From the NCBI GenBank assembly GCA_031550085.1, contig JAVBOY010000012.1:83689-147688 (forward strand): 64,000 nucleotides of DNA, written 5' to 3'. A program made the translations under genes and the position numbers. The first letter of the stretch is position 1; each line of letters opens with the position of its first letter. The stretch comes from Lentimicrobiaceae bacterium (GTDB lineage Bacteria; Bacteroidota; Bacteroidia; Bacteroidales; UBA4417). Below, piece by piece: positions 15,875 through 25,478 of the stretch. The notes beneath the pieces are model-generated. The model saw nothing but the letters and a program-made list of their open reading frames with translations. It was not told where the DNA came from and did no database searches.

Positions 15875-17623
15875 TTACTCAATCCCCAAATCCAGTTGAT
15901 CGCGCAACACGCTTACGTTGGGATTCTCGGAGTTGAGTTGTTCGTAACGTTCCCGGTCGGTATAAGGCCTGCGGGTTTCATCCTGCGGCTTTTCAACCAA
16001 TACCGTTTCGATGATTATCTGGTCATTTTGCAGTTTGTTGCGCAAAAGTTCCAGCAGATCGGGCAAATAGTTTTTGACTTCCCGTTCCAAAACCGCACCT
16101 TCCAGCTTTAGAACGATGGTTGTTTCCTTTTCCAAAACGGGTTTGTATTGGGTCAATGCCGTGTAAATCAAAGTGGATTCCGATTGTTTGCTTTGGGCAA
16201 AATCGTTCCAATGCGATTCCAATTGTTCGAAAGTAAAGGGCTGTATGCGGGGCTGGCTTTTGGCGGCTTCTTCGGATGCGTTAGCCGTTTTTTTTTCAAG
16301 GTCTTTTAAGGAAACACCCGAAGCCGAAGGCATCATCGGATGGTTGATGATGGATTGCGGCGATGGATTCGATTGTGGTACGACGGCCGGTTGCGCGGAT
16401 GCCATAGCTTGCTGCGGCCTTTCCGTTGGTTGAACTGGTTGCGTGTCAGCTTGTGGTGGAACGGCGGTTGTTGTTTGTTGCTTGGACGGTTGTGCCGGAA
16501 CTATCGGTTGATTGGATGCAACCGGTTGATTTTCATTCAACTGAGTTAGTCGCATCAAGGTGATTTCCAGCGACAACCGTTTGTTGTTCGCCGCACGGTA
16601 ACCGGCATCGCATTTGTTTACCAGTTCGAGCCCTTTGACCAGAAACAAAAGCGAGCATTTTTGCGCTTGCGCTACGTATTTTTGGCGGATGCTGTCGGCA
16701 ATTTCGATCAAAATCACGGTGGACGGATCTTTGGCCATCATCAGATTGCGCAAATGGTCGCCCAAGCCGGTGATAAAATGCTGTCCGTCGAAACCCTTGG
16801 TGATAACATCGTTTAGCAGCAACATCGCTTGCTGGATATCGGCTGAAAGCAAATGATCGATCAGCCGGAAATAATAATCGTAATCCAGCACGTTTAAATT
16901 CTCGATTACCAGCGGATAGGTAATGTTGCGGTTCCCCAGGTTCGCCATTTGGTCGAAAATGGAAAGCGAATCGCGCATGGCTCCGTCGGCTTTTTGGGCG
17001 ATAATGTCCAAGGCAGCGCGTTCGGCTGTAATCTGTTCGCTTTGAGCTACCCAAGCCAGGTGTTCGGCAATATCCTGAACGGTAATCCGCTTGAAATCAA
17101 ATATCTGGCAACGTGATAATATCGTCGGAATAATTTTGTGTTTTTCGGTGGTAGCCAAAATAAATTTGGCATAAGCCGGAGGTTCTTCCAGGGTTTTCAA
17201 AAAAGCGTTGAACGCCTGCAACGACAGCATATGAACCTCGTCGATGATATACACCTTGTAAGCGCCCATTTGCGGCGGAATGCGCACCTGGTCGACCAAA
17301 CTGCGGATGTCGTCGACCCCGTTGTTGGAGGCGGCGTCCAGTTCGTGCACGTTAAACGAGGATGATTCGTTGAAGGCGCGGCAGGAAGTACATTCGTTGC
17401 AAGGTTCGATATTTTCGGTCGGGTGCTCGCAGTTGATGGTTTTGGCAAAAATACGGGCACAAGTGGTTTTTCCCACGCCCCGAGGGCCGCAAAACAAAAA
17501 AGCCTGGGCCAATTGGTTGTTGCGGATGGCGTTTTTAAGCGTATTGGTGATATGTTGCTGGCCTACAACGGTATTGAATGTCGAGGGGCGGTATTTCCGT
17601 GCCGAAACAATAAAATTTTCCAT
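15875..17623 (-). CDS. dnaX: DNA polymerase III subunit gamma/tau
   Basis: MENFIVSARKYRPSTF..GQQHIT, Walker A GPRGVGKTT, zinc module CNECTSC and Walker B IIDEVHML. A P/Q-rich linker precedes the C-terminal domain. ATG 17623 is preferred over the listed 17683. Confidence 0.95.
   Translation of the reverse strand: MENFIVSARKYRPSTFNTVVGQQHITNTLKNAIRNNQLAQAFLFCGPRGVGKTTCARIFAKTINCEHPTENIEPCNECTSCRAFNESSSFNVHELDAASNNGVDDIRSLVDQVRIPPQMGAYKVYIIDEVHMLSLQAFNAFLKTLEEPPAYAKFILATTEKHKIIPTILSRCQIFDFKRITVQDIAEHLAWVAQSEQITAERAALDIIAQKADGAMRDSLSIFDQMANLGNRNITYPLVIENLNVLDYDYYFRLIDHLLSADIQQAMLLLNDVITKGFDGQHFITGLGDHLRNLMMAKDPSTVILIEIADSIRQKYVAQAQKCSLLFLVKGLELVNKCDAGYRAANNKRLSLEITLMRLTQLNENQPVASNQPIVPAQPSKQQTTTAVPPQADTQPVQPTERPQQAMASAQPAVVPQSNPSPQSIINHPMMPSASGVSLKDLEKKTANASEEAAKSQPRIQPFTFEQLESHWNDFAQSKQSESTLIYTALTQYKPVLEKETTIVLKLEGAVLEREVKNYLPDLLELLRNKLQNDQIIIETVLVEKPQDETRRPYTDRERYEQLNSENPNVSVLRDQLDLGIE
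16288..16296 (-). other. A9 slippery run (A AAA AAA in phase) inside dnaX; candidate gamma-producing recoding site
   Basis: The sense strand reads CTT GAA AAA AAA ACG GCT AAC. A -1 shift, or one extra A in the transcript, reads AAC GGC TAA. Confidence 0.4.
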
Positions 17624-17651
17624 TTCCAAATTCGTTCTTCTGCTATCATGC

Positions 17652-17659
17652 AAAAGTAG
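17652..17659 (-). promoter_or_regulatory. -7 box TACTTTTG for dnaX
   Basis: + strand text caaaagta, 29 nt upstream of ATG 17623. Confidence 0.4.
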
Positions 17660-17728
17660 CATTAAGTCATGAATAATCGACAATTAAATAATTAACAATC
17701 GACGCTTCGGACAAGCCGGTAAATGAGT

Positions 17729-19282
17729 TTACTTGGCTTTCAGGTAAGCCACCGGAATCATCACTTCTTCCATCGAAATGCCTCCGTGCTGGAAGGTATT
17801 GCGGTAGTACGTCACGTAATAATTGTAATTGTTCGGGTAAGCAAAAAAATCGTTGCTCCGGCAAAAAACAAAACTGGAACTGACGTTGGTTTTGGGTAAA
17901 AACGCATCGTGCGGATTTTTTACTTCAAAAACTTCGCGTTTGTCGTAATTGAGACTTTTTCCGATTTTGTAACGCAGGTTGGTGTTGGTGTTCTTGTCGC
18001 CCACGATTTTTACCGGCGAATTTACGCGGATGGAGCCGTGGTCGGTGGTGAAAATAAGGGGAATTTTCTTTTCGGCCAGATACTTGATCATTTCCAGCAG
18101 GGGCGAATGCTCGAACCACGAAACAGTAAGCGAACGGTAAGCCGCTTCGTCGTCGGCCAGTTCACGGATCACTTCCATTTCGGTGCGGGCATGCGAAAGC
18201 ATGTCTACAAAATTGTAAACAATCACATTGAACTTGTTTTTAAGCAAATTGGGCAAACTTTCGAGCAGCTTCCGGCCGGCAGTGTAATTCAACACCTTGT
18301 TATAGGAATACGAAATATCTTTTCCGTGCCGTTTCAGGTTTTCGCCCAGCAATTCGCCTTCAAACTGGTTTTTCGAACCTTCATCGTCTTCGTTAAGCCA
18401 GTATTTGGGATATTTTTTCTCGATTTCCGAAGGCATCAATCCGCTGAACAAGGCGTTGCGGGCATATTGTGTAACAGTCGGCAAAATGGAATAGTAGATT
18501 TCATCGCGTTCGACGCGGTAATATTCTTCCAGGATGGGTTGCAGCGCTTTCCATTGGTCGTAACGCAAGTTGTCGACCAGGATCATGAAAAGGCAGTTGT
18601 TTTCGGCCAGTGCCGGAAAAACCTTTTCGCGGATCAGCGTTTGCGACTGAACGGGCTTTACGGCAGATTTTCCGTTTGCCCAATCCAAATAATTTTGTTC
18701 AAAAAATTTGGAAAATACCTGGTTAGCTTCGTTTTTTTGCATTTCCAGAATATCCAGCACACCGCTGTCCTGCGATTTCGAAAGCTCCAATTCCCAATAC
18801 ACCAGTTTCTGATAAATTTCGGCCCATGCATCGGGGCTCAATTTGTTGGAAAATTCCATGCTCAGGCTGCGGAATTCCTGTTGGTAGGCATGTGTGGTTT
18901 TTTCGCTGATCAGCCGCTTGTTTTCCAGATTCTTTTTCAGGCTCAGCAAAATTTGTTTCGGATTTACCGGTTTAATCAGGTAATCGGCAATGCTGCTGCC
19001 GATGGCATTTTCCATAATCAGTTCCTCTTCGCTTTTGGTAATCATGACCACAGGAAGATTGGGATAGATGGTTTTGATGCGTTCGAGCGTTTCGATGCCC
19101 GAAAGCCCCGGCATGTTTTCATCCAAAAAAACAATATCAAACGGGCGGGTTTTTAAAATATCCAAGGCCTCATCGCCGTTGGTCGAAGTGAATACTTCAT
19201 AGCCTTTCTCACGAAGGAATAGAATGTGCGGTTTTAATAAGTCAATTTCGTCGTCAGCCCAAAGAATTACGGCATTTTCCAT
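17729..19282 (-). CDS. porX: PorX-type response regulator (CheY receiver plus PglZ/alkaline-phosphatase-like domain)
   Basis: Receiver domain ILWADDEIDLLKPHILFLREKGYEV..DIVFLDENMPGLSG. It is followed by about 380 aa with PglZ-type motifs (VDNLRYDQW, FTTDHGS). ATG 19282 is preferred over the listed start. Confidence 0.85.
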   Translation of the reverse strand: MENAVILWADDEIDLLKPHILFLREKGYEVFTSTNGDEALDILKTRPFDIVFLDENMPGLSGIETLERIKTIYPNLPVVMITKSEEELIMENAIGSSIADYLIKPVNPKQILLSLKKNLENKRLISEKTTHAYQQEFRSLSMEFSNKLSPDAWAEIYQKLVYWELELSKSQDSGVLDILEMQKNEANQVFSKFFEQNYLDWANGKSAVKPVQSQTLIREKVFPALAENNCLFMILVDNLRYDQWKALQPILEEYYRVERDEIYYSILPTVTQYARNALFSGLMPSEIEKKYPKYWLNEDDEGSKNQFEGELLGENLKRHGKDISYSYNKVLNYTAGRKLLESLPNLLKNKFNVIVYNFVDMLSHARTEMEVIRELADDEAAYRSLTVSWFEHSPLLEMIKYLAEKKIPLIFTTDHGSIRVNSPVKIVGDKNTNTNLRYKIGKSLNYDKREVFEVKNPHDAFLPKTNVSSSFVFCRSNDFFAYPNNYNYYVTYYRNTFQHGGISMEEVMIPVAYLKAK

Positions 19283-19471
19283 ATATTTTTTTATTAAGTT
19301 ACTTGTTTTGAAAACGGTGAAGTGATTATCTTTGTTCAATAAAATAACCACAGGCATCTTATAGAATGCAAAAAGAAACGATTTTATTGTATTCGCAAAC
19401 TATTAATTGGAAGTCGTGTGTAGTATATTTCCAATAATTATTTGACAATCAAAATTCTATATAAACCCAAA

Positions 19472-20707
19472 ATGAGCTTTTACACTCCCAATAAACGCAA
19501 AATTATAAACGATCCGTTGCACGGGTTTATTACGATTCCCAACGAATTGGTTTACGATATTATCGAAACGCCTTGTTTTCAGCGCTTGCGGCGGATTAAA
19601 CAAGCCGGCTTGACCGGATTGGTGTATCCCGGCGCTTTACACACCCGTTTTCAGCATGCTCTGGGAGCCATGCATCTGACACAACAGGCTGTTGAAACCT
19701 TGAAACACAAAGGATTTGAGATTTCCGACAACGAAACCTTAGGGGTTACTTTGGCCATTTTGTTGCACGATATCGGACACGGGCCTTTTTCGCATGCCTT
19801 GGAAAATTGTATTGTGCCGCTGGATCACGAACAGATTTCACTTTTGTTTTTTGAAAAATTGAACAAACAATTCAATAACCAGCTAGACACGGCCATAAAA
19901 ATTTTTACCAACCAATATCCCCAAAAATTCTTGCACCAACTAGTATCCAGTCAACTGGATATGGACCGCTTGGACTACCTGATGCGCGACAGCTTTTTTG
20001 CCGGAGTAAGCGAGGGGGTGGTCAATATCGACCGCATTTTGAAAATGTTGACCATCGTCAACGACGAGTTGGCGGTGGAAGAAAAAGGGATTTATTCGAT
20101 CGAAAACTTTATTGTAGCCCGCCGCCTGATGTACTGGCAGGTTTATTTTCATAAAACCGTGCTGGCTGCCGAAAGTATGTTGGCCAGCCTGATCAAGCGG
20201 GCCAAGGAATTGATTCAATCGGGTGTTGATCTTCCGGCCAGCCCGCCCTTGCTTTATTTTCTGAAAAACAACAATTCGGTGTTCGATATGGACGAATTGC
20301 TGGATCATTTCCAACTGCTGGACGATGACGATGTGGTGGCGGCCACCAAAAACTGGATGTATGCGTCCGATCCCATTTTAAAACAATTGAGTTCGGCCTT
20401 GGTATACCGCCATTTGTTTGCCCTTGAAATTCAAAACGAACCGTTTGATGTAGATTACAAGCAACAAATCCGGCAAGCCATCGCCCGGAAAATGAACCTT
20501 CCGGAAGCGGAGGTTTCTTATTTGTTTCTGGAAGGAACCATTACCAACAAAGCCTATACGGCCGGCGACGATAAAATCGGGATTGCAGATAAAAAGGGAA
20601 ACCTTACCGATATTTCGCAGGTAGCCGATATGTTGAATATTTCGGTACTGGCACATCCCATAACCAAATATTATATTGCGTATCCCAAGGAGTTTCGTGC
20701 TACATAG
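19472..20707 (+). CDS. HD-domain phosphohydrolase (SAMHD1/dNTPase-like, COG1078 type)
   Basis: INDPLHGFI..FQRLRRIKQ..HTRFQHALGAMHL..LLHDIGHGPFSH..QLDMDRLDYLMRDS. Confidence 0.9.
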   Translation: MSFYTPNKRKIINDPLHGFITIPNELVYDIIETPCFQRLRRIKQAGLTGLVYPGALHTRFQHALGAMHLTQQAVETLKHKGFEISDNETLGVTLAILLHDIGHGPFSHALENCIVPLDHEQISLLFFEKLNKQFNNQLDTAIKIFTNQYPQKFLHQLVSSQLDMDRLDYLMRDSFFAGVSEGVVNIDRILKMLTIVNDELAVEEKGIYSIENFIVARRLMYWQVYFHKTVLAAESMLASLIKRAKELIQSGVDLPASPPLLYFLKNNNSVFDMDELLDHFQLLDDDDVVAATKNWMYASDPILKQLSSALVYRHLFALEIQNEPFDVDYKQQIRQAIARKMNLPEAEVSYLFLEGTITNKAYTAGDDKIGIADKKGNLTDISQVADMLNISVLAHPITKYYIAYPKEFRAT

Positions 20708-20760
20708 GGAAACGTCAATGATCAGAACAAGAAAGTTTGAGTTAAAAGGATCACTTTCAG

Positions 20761-22029
20761 TTACGAAACAATCTTCGCCACGGCATTGTGAATGTCGATT
20801 CCGCTCGGGCTCTGGAATACCCGCAGGTCGAATTCGGGAACAATGGCCAAAATATGGTCAAAAATATCGCTTTGTACTTTTTCGTACCGCGCCCACTTGA
20901 CTTCGGTGGTAAATGCATAAATCTCGATGGGAATGCCGTTTGCCGTGGGTTGCAACTGGCGAACCAGCAAATCCAGGTCCTGGCGTATCAATTCGTTGTT
21001 CCGTAAATAAATTTCCAGGTAAGCACGGAAAATGCCGATATTCGTTTGGCGTTTGCCGTTTACCAGAATAGATTCGTCGATTTTGTTGGCGCTGTTGTAT
21101 TCGTCCAGTTCTTGCTCCGTTTGGTCGATATAGTCTTTCAAAATGCTGATTCTGCGAAAGTTGTTGAGCATTTTTTTATCACAAAAACGTACGCTGGCCA
21201 TATCAATGTTGATAAAGCGTTTCATGCGGCGGGCGCCCGACTCTTGCATGCCGCGATAGTTTTGGAACGAATCGGTGATCAGTGAATAGGTAGGCAGGGT
21301 GGTGATGGTATTATCCCAATTCTGAACTTTTACCGTGGTCAGCGAAATTTCCTGAACCGTTCCGTCGGCATTGTATTTGGGCATATTAATCCAGTCGCCC
21401 AGTCGCACCATATCATTGGCCGAGATTTGGATTCCACCCACAAACCCCAAAATGCTGTCCCTGAAAATCAACAGTAAAACGGCAGAAAATGTTCCCAGGC
21501 CGATCAATACGGAGCCTGCGGATTTGTTGAGTAAAAACGATAAAATGACAATGATACCCAGCATTACCACAAAGGTCTTCCCAACCTGGATAAAGCCTTT
21601 GATCGGGTGATTCCGGGAGGTGGCCTTCTTTTCGAAAATGGCTTCAATGGAATTTAAAAAGGAAAATCCGATCAAGATAACGACGATAACCAGATAGATG
21701 CTGGTAAGCAACAAAAATAGGCTGGTAAGTTTCGGGAATTCGGAGAGCGTGGCCGGAATGCTGTTGTAAACAAGCAAGCCCGGTATTAATAATGCGATTC
21801 GCTGGAATACCTTTTTCGTTATCAGCACATCATCCCATTCGGTTCTGGTGCGGGCAACGATGCGCCGGACAATTTTGTTGATTAAAAATTTGGAAACATG
21901 ATACAAGGCATAGCCTAGCAGTAGGATCAGGATAAAATCGCTTAAATGGATGATTTTTTCGGCAATATGAGTGGATATTCCGATGTCAATCAGCCATTTA
22001 TGTATAATCGTTTTAATGTTTTCAGGCAT
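20761..22029 (-). CDS. mechanosensitive ion channel family protein (MscS-like)
   Basis: Several N-terminal TM helices are followed by the MscS beta domain (FRDSILGFVGGIQISANDMVRLGDWI..GTVQEISLTTVKVQNWDNT). Confidence 0.9.
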   Translation of the reverse strand: MPENIKTIIHKWLIDIGISTHIAEKIIHLSDFILILLLGYALYHVSKFLINKIVRRIVARTRTEWDDVLITKKVFQRIALLIPGLLVYNSIPATLSEFPKLTSLFLLLTSIYLVIVVILIGFSFLNSIEAIFEKKATSRNHPIKGFIQVGKTFVVMLGIIVILSFLLNKSAGSVLIGLGTFSAVLLLIFRDSILGFVGGIQISANDMVRLGDWINMPKYNADGTVQEISLTTVKVQNWDNTITTLPTYSLITDSFQNYRGMQESGARRMKRFINIDMASVRFCDKKMLNNFRRISILKDYIDQTEQELDEYNSANKIDESILVNGKRQTNIGIFRAYLEIYLRNNELIRQDLDLLVRQLQPTANGIPIEIYAFTTEVKWARYEKVQSDIFDHILAIVPEFDLRVFQSPSGIDIHNAVAKIVS

Positions 22030-22232
22030 CTCTATCTAAGGGTAAAATAAGACGAATCTTAGGAAAAACGTACTTCTCAGTAGAAAATCATAATCAAAAA
22101 CAAAGTTAAAGGTTTTTCTGAAAAAGCAAAATAACCGGAACCTTGATTGCAAGGCGCCAGTTATTTTGGGTAACTAAGAAAAAACATCACACTTCCGAAG
22201 GTCAGGCTGTTTGTGTTTAAGCCGGGCTTCGG

Positions 22233-22943
22233 TTATTTTTTAGCCAGAGCAGTTTTGTAACGGCTTTCGACGGTTTTCCAATCTACCAGATTCCAAAATG
22301 CATCCACATATTCGGGCCGGCGATTTTGGTATTTCAAATAATAGGCGTGTTCCCATACATCCAATGCCAACAAGGGAATTCCATTTTCTTCTACAACATC
22401 CATCAGCGGGTTGTCTTGATTGGAAGTGGTCGTGATTTTCAACTCATGATTCTTCGTAAGGATCAGCCAAGCCCATCCGCTTCCGAATTTTCCTTTGGCG
22501 GCATTCGAAAATTGTTCCTTAAACTTATCGAAACTTCCGAATTGTTTCTCGATCACTTTCATAAGGTCTGCGCTGGGTTGTCCACCGGCGTTGGGTTTCA
22601 TATTTTCCCAGTACAAAGTGTGGTTGTAAAATCCTCCGGCATTGTTCCGCACATCGACGGAACGTTTGCTGATGGTTGCAAAAATTGTTTCCATCGGCAT
22701 GGTTTCCATATCGGTTCCTTTGATGGCCGCAACAAATTTGGTGTAATAGCCCCGGTGGTGCTTGTCGTAGTGGAGTTCGACGGTTGCTTTGTCAATATAA
22801 GGCTCCAGGGCGTCGTACGAATAAGGCAAAGCCGGAAATACAAAACTTTGGGCGGCTGCTTGCGCTGGTTTATTTTGCGCTGACAAACGGCCTCCGGTTA
22901 AAAAGGCAAACCCGCATAAGGTAAAAAGCAATAAATGTTTCAT
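22233..22943 (-). CDS. Fe/Mn superoxide dismutase with N-terminal signal peptide (exported form)
   Basis: MKHLLLFTLCGFAFLTGGRLSAQ is followed by [39 protein letters not shown] 22943 was chosen as the start. Confidence 0.9.
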   Translation of the reverse strand: MKHLLLFTLCGFAFLTGGRLSAQNKPAQAAAQSFVFPALPYSYDALEPYIDKATVELHYDKHHRGYYTKFVAAIKGTDMETMPMETIFATISKRSVDVRNNAGGFYNHTLYWENMKPNAGGQPSADLMKVIEKQFGSFDKFKEQFSNAAKGKFGSGWAWLILTKNHELKITTTSNQDNPLMDVVEENGIPLLALDVWEHAYYLKYQNRRPEYVDAFWNLVDWKTVESRYKTALAKK

Positions 22944-23088
22944 GATTTTAGATATAAAAGTTAGAATGAAAGAATTAAAAAATAGTCTAATACCAAAGGT
23001 GGCGATTAACAAGAGATATAATCTTTTCGTGAAAATAAATTCGAATAATTAATAGGGTCTCCGAAAGCTGGCAATAAGCGATCTAAAG

Positions 23089-23703
23089 TTAGTTATTTTG
23101 ATGCCTTTTGTAAAAATCATTTACTTTTTCCCAATTCACGAGATTCCAAAAAGCGTTGATGTAGTCGGGACGCCGGTTTTGGTATTTTAAATAGTAAGCA
23201 TGTTCCCACACGTCCAAACAAAGGATCGGTTTGCCGTGACAATCATGGATATCCATCAACGGATTGTCTTGATTGGCGCTGGAACAAATGCACAACTCGC
23301 CGTTTTCTTTTACGCTCAGCCACACCCAACCGCTGCCAAATCGATTTGTTGCCGCTTCTGTAAATTTGGTTTTGAAATTTTCGAACGAGCCGAATTGTTT
23401 GGTAATCGCTTCGCCGATTTCATTTTTGGGTTCACCGCCTCCGTTTGGCGAAAGAATTTCCCAAAACAGTTTGTGATTGTAATATCCGCCGCTATTGTTC
23501 CGGACGGCAACCGGCAGTTTGCTGATGTTGGCAAAAATTTCTTTCAAAGGCTTGCCTGCATATTCAGTTTCGGCGATAGCCGCCACAAATTTATCAAAAT
23601 AAGCTTTGTGGTGCTTCGTATGGTGGATTTCCATGGTCATGCGGTCGATATGAGGCTCCAATGCGTCATATGCGTAAGGAAGTTCGGGGAATTTATAGTC
23701 CAT
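23089..23703 (-). CDS. sod: Fe/Mn superoxide dismutase (cytoplasmic form)
   Basis: [44 protein letters not shown]. Confidence 0.95.
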   Translation of the reverse strand: MDYKFPELPYAYDALEPHIDRMTMEIHHTKHHKAYFDKFVAAIAETEYAGKPLKEIFANISKLPVAVRNNSGGYYNHKLFWEILSPNGGGEPKNEIGEAITKQFGSFENFKTKFTEAATNRFGSGWVWLSVKENGELCICSSANQDNPLMDIHDCHGKPILCLDVWEHAYYLKYQNRRPDYINAFWNLVNWEKVNDFYKRHQNN

Positions 23704-24110
23704 TGTTTTCTAAATTTATGGGTTGATAGTAAAAAAGTAATAACGAATCATAAACACTAAATGATGCAAAAAAGTTCACGATTACCTTATTTTTAAAGCA
23801 CTAAAAATAAATAATATACGAAAATGGACCCTCTAAATCAATGATCTAAAGCGGATGAGCTGTGTAAAATGAATGGTTTTGGCACTTAATTTGCTTGTAA
23901 ATATTGGAAAATTTGAGTAAAAAATACTGCTTTTCTATGAAAAAGAAGTATTTTTGTTCTCTATTTTTAACAATTAGGACTTGGAATAGGTAATGGTGTA
24001 GTTTTTTTTGTTTGAAAGAGTATCCAAGAAACAGGCAAAAAAGAAGGAAAGTAAAAATTATTCCCCTATTACTTTTTTTGATTTAAAGATTTAACATAAC
24101 AAGAAAGTAT

Positions 24111-25430
24111 ATGAAGAAAGTACTGTTTTTTTTCGTGCTTTTGGTTGCTGCCAATGGTTTAGTCATAGCACAAGACGCTACTCTTACAAAGGAGCAGTTA
24201 TTTGCGCTTTTCAATCAGGCAGGCCAGGCTGAGAAAGAAGGGCGTGATCAGGATGCCATCAACAATTATTTGACCATTGTCAAACATGCGCCGCAAATCC
24301 CGGAAACATACTATCGGTTGGGGAACTTGTTAGGGAAAAAAGAGGATCGAACTTCCATCGAAATGGCCATTACTTATTACACCAATTACTTGACTTTATT
24401 ACCGAATGCCGACAATGCCGATGAAGTGCGGGAAGAAATATTACGTTTGCAGCGTAAACTCCGCGGATTGCCAGCAACCGCCACAGCACAGGTAAAACCT
24501 GGGGATAAATCGCCTGCCGATACAACTGTAAAGAAACTGACCGCCAGCGATTACATGAGGATTGGGAATAACTATTTCGATAAAAAGCAATACAAACCAG
24601 CCATTGAAAATTTTGAAAAAGCGAAAGACCTGAATGAAACGGATGAGCAATACTACTACTTGTGTTTGTCCTATGTAGGTTTGAAAGATAAGGATAACGC
24701 AGAACTTGCGTTGAAGAATTACGAGCGGTTGTCTCCGGACGGGGCATTTAAGAAGGAGTTGAAGCAAGCGATCAAGAAGATGAATGAAGAACAGTACGAC
24801 CGCGTATCAGGGCTGGATTTGATGAAATTTTACCTCGGAATCAATTACCGCTATTCTCTCAATATGGGAATAAAGTATGAGGGGACTTCATACAAATCGA
24901 ATCCTTTGCAGGGAGGAAGCATTCAATTTATTTCCGGGTCGGAGCGGCAGCTGAAATTCGGTGTCGACCTCGCTTACAACTGGATCAAGATTTCAAAATC
25001 GATGGATTCCACAGGAATATTTACCTATCCTTGGGGCGATCAGCGCGATAACATTATGAATGTGGATTTGAGGTTTAAAGGAATATTTGTTCCCGAAAAA
25101 CCGCTATTCAGTTTGGGAGAGAAAAATGTTGCACGCTTTATCGGTTCATTTGGCGCCGGATTGGGCTATTTGACGACCACAGGAAATCCCTGGTTCTTTT
25201 ATCCGGATCAAGGAGAAGAACCGGATCCAACCTCCAAGGTACTTTCGGGATTCTTGAATTACTTAAGCTATGAAGCAACCGTTGGTATACTGTTCTCGCA
25301 GAGGAGTACTTTGCGGGGTTTGAAGATCGAATTGGTTGGAGCTGGATATTGGCAGTTTGATACCGAATACCGTTTTCAACCGTATGCTGCGCTTCAGGTG
25401 GGCTGGGTGTTTGGATTTTCGCGGCACTAA
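24111..25430 (+). CDS. secreted TPR-like protein with beta-rich Gly/aromatic C-terminal domain (possible outer-membrane barrel)
   Basis: Signal peptide LLVAANGLVIAQ. TPR-like helices span about residues 30-230. The C-terminal ~200 aa show alternating aromatic/Gly strands and end in GWVFGFSRH. Confidence 0.75.
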   Translation: MKKVLFFFVLLVAANGLVIAQDATLTKEQLFALFNQAGQAEKEGRDQDAINNYLTIVKHAPQIPETYYRLGNLLGKKEDRTSIEMAITYYTNYLTLLPNADNADEVREEILRLQRKLRGLPATATAQVKPGDKSPADTTVKKLTASDYMRIGNNYFDKKQYKPAIENFEKAKDLNETDEQYYYLCLSYVGLKDKDNAELALKNYERLSPDGAFKKELKQAIKKMNEEQYDRVSGLDLMKFYLGINYRYSLNMGIKYEGTSYKSNPLQGGSIQFISGSERQLKFGVDLAYNWIKISKSMDSTGIFTYPWGDQRDNIMNVDLRFKGIFVPEKPLFSLGEKNVARFIGSFGAGLGYLTTTGNPWFFYPDQGEEPDPTSKVLSGFLNYLSYEATVGILFSQRSTLRGLKIELVGAGYWQFDTEYRFQPYAALQVGWVFGFSRH

Positions 25431-25478
25431 TTAAAATAAAACCACTTTGCCGGATTCCGGTCTGGCAAAAAATACTTG

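Noticed and set aside
17909-19156. 415-aa ORF on the + strand, and similar long ORFs at 5201..5707, 22326..22883, 23200..23760, 45794..46396, 54457..55074, 59392..60129 and 62515..63273
   Set aside because: Each lies antisense to a strongly conserved gene (porX, fmt, the two sod genes, sufC, kce, ppdK, dapD). Their translations are low-complexity and rich in F, V, R and Q, with no motifs. They are typical shadow ORFs.
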